Shown here: positions 18,586-27,353 of the stretch, piece by piece
How the letters are laid out: the number at the start of each line of letters is the position of its first letter
Position numbering within the stretch: the first letter of the stretch is position 1
NCBI GenBank assembly: GCA_938007995.1
Contig: CALLLW010000012.1
Coordinates: 47,379 to 111,378, forward strand
Length of the DNA stretch: 64,000 bases
From: an uncultured Granulosicoccaceae bacterium
GTDB lineage: Bacteria > Pseudomonadota > Gammaproteobacteria > Granulosicoccales > Granulosicoccaceae
Reading direction: 5' to 3'
Translations under genes and position numbers: made by a program
The notes under the pieces: model-generated
The model's input: the letters and a program-made list of their open reading frames with translations, nothing else
The model's database searches: none
Told to the model about the DNA's origin: nothing

Positions 18586-19188
18586 CTAAAGCCGGGCACC
18601 TTCACCGGTACCGCGCTCCAGATCACCGGCAATATAGTAAGCAATCAAGCCACCGGCAATGGCACCAAACAAATGCCCTTCCCACGACACAGCCCGTTGA
18701 ATCGGCAGTACGCCGAACACCAGTGTTGATCCATAAGTCACAGCGACACCAATCGCAATCAGCGCTGACAATAGTCTTTTCTCAAAAAATCCCGCACAGA
18801 CAAGAAACCCGATCAACCCGAACACCAGCACACTCGCGCCAATATGAATCGCGTCGCGCCCGAATAACCACAGCAATATCCCTGCGATCACGCTGATATA
18901 AACCACAATATCAATGCTGTTAGCTCGGGATCCCGCCAGCAGGCATAACAGGACAATCAATGGCACCGAATTGGCCATGATATGACCGAGATCAGCATGC
19001 AGAAAAGCAATCGTGACAATGCCGATCAAGCCTTTCACACTACGCGGCACTAAGCCTAACTGCTCAATTGGCAGGAAACGGTCGATCACAAAAACAACCC
19101 AGATAGCGATCAAAAACAGACCAATGCCAGTCAAATCTCTTTTGAACGAATGCACGTGCTCTTTTGCAGTCGATGGTTTCAAATTCAT
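18586..19188 (-). CDS. rhomboid family intramembrane serine protease
   Basis: 200 aa with 6 TM segments. It carries HADLGHIMANS (HxxxN), IGASVLVFGLIG (Ser in the GxS context) and GHLFGAIAGGL (catalytic His). Confidence 0.8.
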   Translation of the reverse strand: MNLKPSTAKEHVHSFKRDLTGIGLFLIAIWVVFVIDRFLPIEQLGLVPRSVKGLIGIVTIAFLHADLGHIMANSVPLIVLLCLLAGSRANSIDIVVYISVIAGILLWLFGRDAIHIGASVLVFGLIGFLVCAGFFEKRLLSALIAIGVAVTYGSTLVFGVLPIQRAVSWEGHLFGAIAGGLIAYYIAGDLERGTGEGARL

Positions 19189-19541
19189 TGTTATGGTACC
19201 TCTGGTTCAACCATGCAGTTATTCTGACAGGTACTTATATACCTGGTGCCAATTCAGTGAGTTATGCACACCACTACTGCATGTCAGTAAATAGCACACA
19301 AAGTTATTGCTGGCATTATGCCTGGCAATCTGGCGGGTATGCCTGCCGGCAGTATATCGGCAGAAGCTGTCACAACAATCTGTCAAACCTGCAAGAACCG
19401 CCCCGCACCATCAACAAAATACCCTGCTCGAATCACAACAACAAACCCTGCTGGCAAGGTCGCGCACTGACTGCCAGTAAGTATATCAATGTCACACAAT
19501 TCGACTACTGAAACGTCGAGCAAGGCTTTACAATTATCAGC

Positions 19542-20912
19542 ATGAATAATCTCTTCGATCTTGCGCACAGCCTGGAGCGCAAAAAAGTCTACAGCCGCGA
19601 GCTTGTCGAACACTGCCTGAGAAACATCGAGGCTGAAGACGGCGAAGGTCACAACACCTTTATTTCGGTCGACAAAGAACGCGTGTTGGCCGAAGCAGAC
19701 AACATAGATGCTGCCAGAAAAGCATCTATTAATCTGTCGCCGTTCAGCGGCATTCCCATTTCAGTAAAAGACCTGTTCGACACCGCCGGTCAAATCACAA
19801 CAGCTGGCTCACACGTACTCGATCAACAGCGACCGGCAAGACACGATGCTCCAGTCATCAGCAAATTAAAACAGGCAGGCTTTATTGTCATTGGTAAAAC
19901 CAATATGACCGAGTTTGCCTATTCAGGGCTTGGCATCAACGCGCACTACGGCACTCCAGCCAGCCCCTATGATCGTCAAACCCGCCGCATACCGGGCGGC
20001 TCCAGCTCGGGGGCAGCGGTTTCAGTCACCGATGAAATGGCAGCAGCCGCAATCGGTACAGATACCGGCGGCTCGACACGTATTCCTGCAGCCCTGTGCG
20101 GATTAGTCGGATTCAAACCCACGGCAAACAGAATATCTACTGAAGGTTGCATACCACTTTCACCATCACTGGATTCGGTCGGGCCGATTGCAAACAGCGT
20201 GACCTGCTGTGCTTTACTTGATGCCATCATGGCTGGTGAATCAAACATTCAAACCGCACCATTTCCGGAAGTTGGTCTGCGCCTTGGCGTGCTGAACGGC
20301 TTCGCGATGGAAGATTTAGATACCGAAGTTGCCAATGCTTTTGAAGATGCGCTGCAGCGCCTCGGTAAGCGCGGTGTACTGGTTAAAAGCCATAACCTGA
20401 CAGAACTTGAAAGCTACTACGCGCACATTAACCGAGCCTGCCTGGTTGGCTCGGAGGCCTATACCTATCACGAGCAACTGCTGCTTGAGCGACAGGACTA
20501 CTATGATCCATGGGTTTATAGCCGCATCAAATCTGCAAATGGTTATAGTGCAGCCGACTACATCAATACATTGACACGTCGCGCTGAGTGTCAACAGAAA
20601 ACTGAAGAACGCAACATTGGCCTTGACGCCATCGTGTTGCCGACGGTGCCATTGATACCTCAGCCAATTGCCTCACTGATTGACGACAATGATCTGTCTT
20701 TGCAGGTGAACGGTCTTAACTTACGTAACACCTCGATTGCAAATACACTGAACGCACCCGCCATCACTATCCCCTGCCATACTCCGGGTGAGGCGCCGGT
20801 GGGTTTTATGCTGATTGGCAAGCCGGGTAAAGACCGTGAGCTGTTGTCAATTGCAAGTAGCATTGAGCCGATAATCAGCCGCAAACATTCAACGCAGGAG
20901 CCGGTCAGCTAG
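19542..20912 (+). CDS. amidase (amidase-signature family)
   Basis: 456 aa. It carries the ISVKDLFD Lys and the GGSSSGAAVSV / GTDTGGSTRIPAA amidase signature. Confidence 0.85.
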   Translation: MNNLFDLAHSLERKKVYSRELVEHCLRNIEAEDGEGHNTFISVDKERVLAEADNIDAARKASINLSPFSGIPISVKDLFDTAGQITTAGSHVLDQQRPARHDAPVISKLKQAGFIVIGKTNMTEFAYSGLGINAHYGTPASPYDRQTRRIPGGSSSGAAVSVTDEMAAAAIGTDTGGSTRIPAALCGLVGFKPTANRISTEGCIPLSPSLDSVGPIANSVTCCALLDAIMAGESNIQTAPFPEVGLRLGVLNGFAMEDLDTEVANAFEDALQRLGKRGVLVKSHNLTELESYYAHINRACLVGSEAYTYHEQLLLERQDYYDPWVYSRIKSANGYSAADYINTLTRRAECQQKTEERNIGLDAIVLPTVPLIPQPIASLIDDNDLSLQVNGLNLRNTSIANTLNAPAITIPCHTPGEAPVGFMLIGKPGKDRELLSIASSIEPIISRKHSTQEPVS

Positions 20913-20958
20913 ATCGTAAGTCTGTAAACCTAGTTACTCAACCACCGGAACGGCCATC

Positions 20959-21564
20959 ATGAAAACAGTCAACTTTACTGCCATGAAAGACGGCACCAAA
21001 GCAGAGTATGAGTTTCTGCGCGATCAGGAACATGCGTTCAATAAAATGACTGCAGACCGTATCTTGCGCGAACTGGCCTCGCAGGCGCAGGATACTATCG
21101 GCGGCTATAAAATCACCCGGCTGCAGCATGCACTGCAGTCAGCTACCCGCGCAGTCCGCGACCATGCCGACAATGACTGGGTAGTCGCCGCGTTGCTACA
21201 CGATATTGGTGATGGCCTGGCTCCACAAAACCACGACAAAATGGCAGCTGAAATTATCCGCCCTTTTGTTCGCGAGGAAGTCTCATGGGTGGTGGAGCAT
21301 CACGGTGTTTTTCAGATGGTCTACTACGCTCAGCACTATCAGGGCTGGAATCAATACGAACGGGAAAAGTACAAAGACAACCCTCACTACCAAAGCTGTG
21401 TAGATTTTTGCGAGCGCTGGGATCAATCGTCATTTGATCCAGACTATGACATGCTGCCGCTTGAGCACTTTGAACCGATTGTTCGCGGGGTATTCAGCCG
21501 CAAGCCCTACGAGCAGGATGTGTTGCAGCCGGGCCTGACTCTCGGGTTGCCGACCAGTAAATAG
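20959..21564 (+). CDS. HD domain-containing protein (possibly of the PhnZ/MIOX-like HD oxygenase type)
   Basis: 201 aa. It carries HALQSAT...ALLHDIGD...VVEHHGVF, giving the H, HD and HH metal-ligand spacing of HD-domain proteins. The specific activity is not inferable. Confidence 0.55.
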   Translation: MKTVNFTAMKDGTKAEYEFLRDQEHAFNKMTADRILRELASQAQDTIGGYKITRLQHALQSATRAVRDHADNDWVVAALLHDIGDGLAPQNHDKMAAEIIRPFVREEVSWVVEHHGVFQMVYYAQHYQGWNQYEREKYKDNPHYQSCVDFCERWDQSSFDPDYDMLPLEHFEPIVRGVFSRKPYEQDVLQPGLTLGLPTSK

Positions 21565-21635
21565 CAGAGCTCACCGGCAGCAGATAAACCTGCATGCGGA
21601 GTTACTGAACCAAACTTCACAGGCACGCAAAAGCC

Positions 21636-21968
21636 TCAGCTACCGCCGGGCTTTTCAGAAAAGTGTTGCTTCTTGTCCGGCACATCTTTCCATTCTTCAG
21701 CGTCAGCCGGTACTTCACCGATTTCAGTAATGTTCGGCCAGATCTCGGCGTACTTGGCGTTCAGGTCGAGCCAGTACTGAAGGTTATCACCTGTGTCATC
21801 AACGATGGCTTCAACCGGACACTCCGGCTCACAGACACCGCAGTCGATACATTCATCCGGATGAATGACGAGCATGTTTTCACCTTCGTAAAAACAATCG
21901 ACAGGACAGACCTCAACGCAATCCATGTGTTTGCACTTAATGCATTCTTCTTTAACTACGTAGGTCAA
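21636..21968 (-). CDS. fdxA: ferredoxin FdxA (7Fe, [3Fe-4S][4Fe-4S])
   Basis: 110 aa. [28 protein letters not shown]...[13 protein letters not shown] is the classic FdxA cysteine pattern. Confidence 0.9.
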   Translation of the reverse strand: MTYVVKEECIKCKHMDCVEVCPVDCFYEGENMLVIHPDECIDCGVCEPECPVEAIVDDTGDNLQYWLDLNAKYAEIWPNITEIGEVPADAEEWKDVPDKKQHFSEKPGGS

Positions 21969-22175
21969 AACCGGGTCCTCGTGCGTTTATCGTTTGGTAG
22001 ACCGCAAACCATGGAGTGTTCGACTTCAGATTGCAGGTGCGCGACAAATCACGCGGTTCAGGGGATCTGGTTGTCGAGCCGGTTTGCTGATCCGGCGGTG
22101 ACTTCACCAGCGAAGCACCGCCCTCTTCGGCTTGTTAGTATACTGATAATCAGGCTTGAAAACCATGGAACCCTT

Positions 22176-23429
22176 ATGGCGCAAGCAGCGCTGGATCATC
22201 TGACTGTCGTCGATCTGACACGAGTTCTCGCCGGCCCTTGGGCATCGCAGCTGCTCGCAGATCTTGGTGCCGAAGTCATCAAGATTGAACATCCGGTAAG
22301 CGGCGATGACACCCGCAGTTGGGGCCCGCCGTTCGTCAATGACAAGCAGCCACCGGACGGACTGTCCGCCTACTTTTGCAGCACCAATAGAAACAAGAAA
22401 TCCTTTGCTCTCGACTTCGCATCAGACCGTGGCCTGGCACTGCTGCTGCAGCTGATCGGTCAGGCGGATATCGTTATCGAAAACTACAAGGTGGGCGGCC
22501 TCAAAAAGTATGGTCTGGATTATCAATCACTGAAGAAAAAACACCCGGCACTGATTTACTGCTCTATTACCGGCTTCGGCCAAACAGGTCCCTACGCACA
22601 TCGTGCCGGTTACGATTTTATTATCCAGGCCATGAGCGGTCTGATGAGCGTCACTGGACAACCACCGGGTTCCGCAGGCGATGAACCGATGAAAATCGGT
22701 GTCGCGCTCACAGACATCATGACAGGGCTTTATGCCAGTACCGCCATTCTTGCCGCTGTTACTCACAGAGAAAAAACCGGCGCAGGTCAGCACATAGACA
22801 TGAGCCTGATGGATGTGTCAGTCGCGTCAATGGCCAATCAGGCAATGAACTATCTGGTCAGTGGAACTTCACCGGTACGCATGGGTAACGCGCATCCGAA
22901 CATCGTACCTTACCAGGTATTCCCGACTGCAGATGGCCACCTGATCATAGCCGTGGGTAATGACAGACAATTTAAAAGTCTGGTCGAAGCCCTTGGTGAT
23001 GAATCACTCGCCAGCGATCCTCAATACCTGAGCAATAAAGACCGGGTTGCGAACCGACAACAACTGGTGCCCATACTGACCGCACTGACAATAAAACAAA
23101 GCACTGCTTACTGGTCGAACGCGCTGGATAAAGCACAAGTACCGCATGGCCCGATCAACACGACAGAAGCAGTGTTTGATGATCCTCAGGTGATCGCACG
23201 GCAGCTCGCCATTGAACTTGAACATCCCGAGCATGGCAAAATACCCGGTGTTGCCAGTCCGGTGCGGATGTCAGAAACACCACCCACATATAACACCGCA
23301 CCTCCATCACTCGGTGAGAACACATTGGAACTATTGCAAAAACGTTTAAACGTCTCTTCAGAAGACTGTACGGCACTTATTGAAGCCGGTATCTGCAGAG
23401 TTGTTCAACCCGGGGTTGTTCAGTCGTGA
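22176..23429 (+). CDS. family III CoA-transferase (CaiB/BaiF/Frc type)
   Basis: The true start is the ATG at 22176 (MAQAALDHLTVVDLTRVLAGPWASQLLADLGAEVIKIE). The track ORF's first 171 codons are antisense to fdxA and its intergenic region. NYKVGGL and GYDFIIQAMSG are present. Confidence 0.85.
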   Translation: MAQAALDHLTVVDLTRVLAGPWASQLLADLGAEVIKIEHPVSGDDTRSWGPPFVNDKQPPDGLSAYFCSTNRNKKSFALDFASDRGLALLLQLIGQADIVIENYKVGGLKKYGLDYQSLKKKHPALIYCSITGFGQTGPYAHRAGYDFIIQAMSGLMSVTGQPPGSAGDEPMKIGVALTDIMTGLYASTAILAAVTHREKTGAGQHIDMSLMDVSVASMANQAMNYLVSGTSPVRMGNAHPNIVPYQVFPTADGHLIIAVGNDRQFKSLVEALGDESLASDPQYLSNKDRVANRQQLVPILTALTIKQSTAYWSNALDKAQVPHGPINTTEAVFDDPQVIARQLAIELEHPEHGKIPGVASPVRMSETPPTYNTAPPSLGENTLELLQKRLNVSSEDCTALIEAGICRVVQPGVVQS

Positions 23430-25471
23430 AGCAATCACACATTATTGCAGGCATTGATGTAGGAGGTACGTTTACAGACCTGATCATCTTTGATCAGAGC
23501 GGCAAGCTGACACTCGGCAAAACTGCCACCACTGTTGATAACCAGGCTATCGGTGTGATGAACTCACTGAAAGAAAGTGAGGTTGCCATCAATACCATTG
23601 ACACACTGGTACACGGCACCACCACAACCACCAATGCAGTACTTGAACGCAAGCTGGCAAAAACCGGCATGATCACCACACGCGGCTTCAGAGATATTAT
23701 AGAGTTGGGTCGACGCACCAGACCGCAGCCCTATGGCATGTACGGCAACTTCACACCACTGATTCCCAGAACCTTAAGACTGGAAGTCAGTGAACGAGTC
23801 GATGCAAGTGGCAAGATACTGATACCACTTGATGAACAACAGGTACGCGATGCAGTCACCAGGTTAATCGATGCAGGTTGTGAATCGCTGGTGATTCACT
23901 TTCTGCATGCCTATGCCAACACCGATCATGAAAACCGGGCACTGGAAATTGCTGCATCACTCTGGCCCAACAACTACATCACAGCGGGTCACTCACTGTT
24001 ATCAGAGTACCGCGAATACGAACGCGGGGTTACCGCCAGTGTCAATGCACTGGTGCAACCGATACTGCATCGCTACGTAGACCGACTGCAGTCTGAACTT
24101 AGATCCGGTGGCTACGATAAAGACCTGCTTGTGATGAACGGTAACGGCGGTATGGTATCTGCCGGACTGGTTGCCAACGAGGCGGCCAAAACCGTGATGT
24201 CCGGTCCTGCATCCGGTGTGATGGCAGCGGCGTATACCGCAAAACGTGCCGGCATTGATCAGATTGTTACCTACGATATGGGTGGCACTTCTACCGATGT
24301 GGCACTGATACTCGATGCAATACCTGCCGTCAGCAGTGAACTTGAAGTTGAATACGCTATGCCAATCCATCTGCCAATGGTTGATGTCAGAACTATTGGT
24401 TCAGGTGGCGGTTCAATAGCAAGCGTTGACGATGCCGGCCTGCTACAGGTAGGGCCGGAAAGCGCCGGTGCAACACCCGGCCCTATCTGTTATGGCCGAG
24501 GTGGTACCCGGGTCACCATATCCGATGCCAACCTTGCACTCGGCAGACTTAACAATCAATCAGTCACCTCGGTTGAGAGCAGTGTCAGTATTGATGATAT
24601 TCAAACTGCAATTAAAAAGCAGATTGCCGACCCGCTTGGCATATCGGTCGCAGAGGCAGCAGGCGCGGTACTTACAATTGCAAATAACAAAATGGCAGGC
24701 GCAGTACGCATGGTATCTCTTTCTAAGGGTTATGACCCGCGCGACTTTGCGTTGTTTGCTTTTGGCGGCGCCGGGCCTTTGCATGCTGTGGCGATTGCCA
24801 AAGAACTGAGCATTCCCAAAGTATTGATTCCCGCCAGACCCGGGCTCACCAATGCACTGGGTTGTATTGTTGCAGATGTTCGCCACGACTTTGTCAACAC
24901 AATAAACCAACCGCTCGATGCAGTAGAGTCAGCATCAGTTGCGGAAGTATGCAATGCGCAAAAACAACGCGGTGATGAATTGATCGCAAGCGAATCAGTG
25001 GCTATTGAAAGCATTGAATACCGACACTCGGCAGATATGCAGTTTATTGGTCAGACACATCTGCTCAATGTAGCAATACCGTCTATCGATATATCCACTG
25101 AAGAATTACAACAACGCTTTGAAGAAGTATATTTCAACCGCTTTCATGTTGAACTCAATGAAATACGCGCAAACCTGGTGAACCTTAATACCAGTGTTAT
25201 TGGCAGTCGGCCAGAAATAGAACTCAGTCAGTTAATAGACCCGGCCAATCGCGAATCACGGCTTGAATCCGCACAAATAAATACACGCAAAGTCTGGTTT
25301 AATAGCGACTGGCATAACACCCCGGTCTATGACAGACAACGCCTGCCACTTGATGCGATTATTAGCGGTCCGGCAGTACTGGAACAAATGGACACGACTA
25401 TCATCATCGAACCTGACTGTACTGCACGTTCAGACACAGATGGCAATCTTCTGGTGGAGCTAAGTCAATGA
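23426..25471 (+). CDS. hyuA: hydantoinase/oxoprolinase family protein, A subunit
   Basis: 681 aa. It carries IAGIDVGGTFTD and YDMGGTSTDV (ASKHA-fold ATPase motifs). There is a 4-nt overlap with the upstream gene. Confidence 0.85.
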   Translation: MKQSHIIAGIDVGGTFTDLIIFDQSGKLTLGKTATTVDNQAIGVMNSLKESEVAINTIDTLVHGTTTTTNAVLERKLAKTGMITTRGFRDIIELGRRTRPQPYGMYGNFTPLIPRTLRLEVSERVDASGKILIPLDEQQVRDAVTRLIDAGCESLVIHFLHAYANTDHENRALEIAASLWPNNYITAGHSLLSEYREYERGVTASVNALVQPILHRYVDRLQSELRSGGYDKDLLVMNGNGGMVSAGLVANEAAKTVMSGPASGVMAAAYTAKRAGIDQIVTYDMGGTSTDVALILDAIPAVSSELEVEYAMPIHLPMVDVRTIGSGGGSIASVDDAGLLQVGPESAGATPGPICYGRGGTRVTISDANLALGRLNNQSVTSVESSVSIDDIQTAIKKQIADPLGISVAEAAGAVLTIANNKMAGAVRMVSLSKGYDPRDFALFAFGGAGPLHAVAIAKELSIPKVLIPARPGLTNALGCIVADVRHDFVNTINQPLDAVESASVAEVCNAQKQRGDELIASESVAIESIEYRHSADMQFIGQTHLLNVAIPSIDISTEELQQRFEEVYFNRFHVELNEIRANLVNLNTSVIGSRPEIELSQLIDPANRESRLESAQINTRKVWFNSDWHNTPVYDRQRLPLDAIISGPAVLEQMDTTIIIEPDCTARSDTDGNLLVELSQ

Positions 25472-27159
25472 GCATTGATCCTGTCACGCTTGCCGTCATT
25501 CAGTCGAGCTTGCAGCAAGTCTGCGACGAGATGGATTTAAGCTTTTCGCGCGCTGCATTTTCACCGGTTATTGCTGAAGCCAATGATCGATCTGACGGCA
25601 TCTATTCAGCAGACAATGGCGAACTGATCGCGCAGGGTGCGCTCGGCTTACCGGTGTTTGTCGGTACCATGCAGTTCTCAACGCGTGTGCTGATCGAAAT
25701 GATCAGGGACGGCAAAGTTGCCGCACCGGAACCGGGTGATATCTATATTGTTAACGATCCTTATCTGGGTGGCACGCACTTGATGGATGTGCGCTTTGCA
25801 CTGCCGTTTTACCACAATGATGAAGTGTTTTGCTGGTTATCCAACACCGGACACTGGCCGGATATCGGCGGTAGTGTACCGGGTGGTTTCTCAGCCAATG
25901 CGACCGCCGTTGAGCAGGAAGGTTTGCGACTACCACCGGTTAAATTATTTAAACAAGGCAAATTTGATCAGGAGATCTATTCGATCATCTGTTCAAACAT
26001 ACGCGTGGCCGAACAGCGCATAGGCGATGTTAAGGCACAGGCTGCCGCACTGCTTGTGGGTCAGGAGCGATTAAACTCACTGATTGCAAAACATGGTGCA
26101 GACACTTTAAAAACTGCAATACAGGAACTGAAAGAGCGTGCAGCACAGCAGATGCGACAGCGTATCTCGCAAATCCCCGAAGGCAGTTATACCGGCACCG
26201 CAATTGTTGACTCTGATGGTGTTGTCAATGAACCGTTAACCATACAAGTTAATATAGAAAAGAAGGATCAGGAGTTGTATATCGACTTTGAGGGCACCAG
26301 CGAACCATGTGCAGGCCCGATGAACTCGGTACTGGCCACAACCCGCTCTTCAATTTATCTTGCCATGCGTCATATCTTTCCGGACGTACCGATCAGCGCC
26401 GGTGCGTTCGAACCGTTGCATATCAAAGATCCACACGGCACGTTTCTGTACGCCGAATACCCACGACCGGTGTCCGGCTGTGCCGCCGAAGTATCACAAA
26501 GAATCGCTGAAGCGATTTTTGCAGCGCTGGTTCCCGCCTTACCTGATTTGGTACCCGCAGCACCCGCCGGTACCAGTGGCAACTTCGCACTCGGTGGTAA
26601 CGACCCGTTAAAAGGCTCAAGCTTTGTTATGTATCAGTTATCCGGTGGTGGTTACGGCGGCACTCATAATACCGACGGACTGACCAATGGCTGCTCAACG
26701 ATTGGCATATCGAAAACCCCGCCAATCGAGGTGATGGAACAGTACTTCCCGGTGCTCTATCTTGAATACGCGCTACGTGAGGGTTCCGGCGGTGCAGGTA
26801 AACAGCGTGGTGGTTTTGGCGTGCAATACACCATTGAGCTGCGCCGTGGTGAAGCAACAGCCTCGTTTGTGATGGACCATGGCCGGGTCGGCCCGCAGGG
26901 TGTGCTCGGCGGTGTCGATGGCATGCGTAACAGTGTTACGGTTATTCGCAACGGCGAAGAATACATACCCGAGCATCTGTCTAAAGATCAGGGTATTCGC
27001 CTGACCGCCGGCGATCAGGTCAGGGTGGGTACACCGGGTGGCGGTGGTTACGGTAACCCTGCAGAAAGGCCAGAGGCACTGATTCGCAGTGACCTTGAAA
27101 ACGAGTACTACACGGCGGAGCAGCTCAGCGAAGCTTATGGCGTAAAACTTACCAGCTAA
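25468..27159 (+). CDS. hyuB: hydantoinase B/oxoprolinase family protein, B subunit
   Basis: 563 aa. It carries NDPYLGGTHLMD and GGGGYGNP. The start overlaps the hyuA stop (ATGA). Confidence 0.85.
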   Translation: MSIDPVTLAVIQSSLQQVCDEMDLSFSRAAFSPVIAEANDRSDGIYSADNGELIAQGALGLPVFVGTMQFSTRVLIEMIRDGKVAAPEPGDIYIVNDPYLGGTHLMDVRFALPFYHNDEVFCWLSNTGHWPDIGGSVPGGFSANATAVEQEGLRLPPVKLFKQGKFDQEIYSIICSNIRVAEQRIGDVKAQAAALLVGQERLNSLIAKHGADTLKTAIQELKERAAQQMRQRISQIPEGSYTGTAIVDSDGVVNEPLTIQVNIEKKDQELYIDFEGTSEPCAGPMNSVLATTRSSIYLAMRHIFPDVPISAGAFEPLHIKDPHGTFLYAEYPRPVSGCAAEVSQRIAEAIFAALVPALPDLVPAAPAGTSGNFALGGNDPLKGSSFVMYQLSGGGYGGTHNTDGLTNGCSTIGISKTPPIEVMEQYFPVLYLEYALREGSGGAGKQRGGFGVQYTIELRRGEATASFVMDHGRVGPQGVLGGVDGMRNSVTVIRNGEEYIPEHLSKDQGIRLTAGDQVRVGTPGGGGYGNPAERPEALIRSDLENEYYTAEQLSEAYGVKLTS

Positions 27160-27258
27160 AGCCTGCAGTGCTTACGAAACATCGCGCCGGCTCGCAGTCT
27201 GTCGCGAGCCGGATAACCAGCGCCGCTGTGGTTCACGGCCACTGGCAATAAAGTTGGT

Positions 27259-27274
27259 TGCCTCTATAGAGGCA
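27259..27274. promoter_or_regulatory. perfect 16-bp palindrome tgcctctatagaggca (candidate operator)
   Basis: Read directly from the sequence. It lies about 80 bp upstream of the 27354 start codon, in the 194-bp intergenic region. Confidence 0.3.
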
Positions 27275-27353
27275 CAGTCACAGCTGAGAGTACAATCCTG
27301 TGTAGCATCACAACACCCTCTCACCGTTTCAGGCATCAATCAGGTCTACCGTC

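Noticed and set aside
19164-19511. 115-aa plus-strand ORF between the rhomboid and amidase genes
   Set aside because: Its Cys/His/Trp/Tyr-rich composition looks random and there is no RBS. It is most likely a promoter or intergenic region.
21663-22175. N-terminal 171 codons of the 588-aa plus-strand ORF
   Set aside because: This part is antisense to fdxA and its upstream region. CoA-transferase homology starts at the ATG at 22176 (MAQAALDHLTVVDL...).
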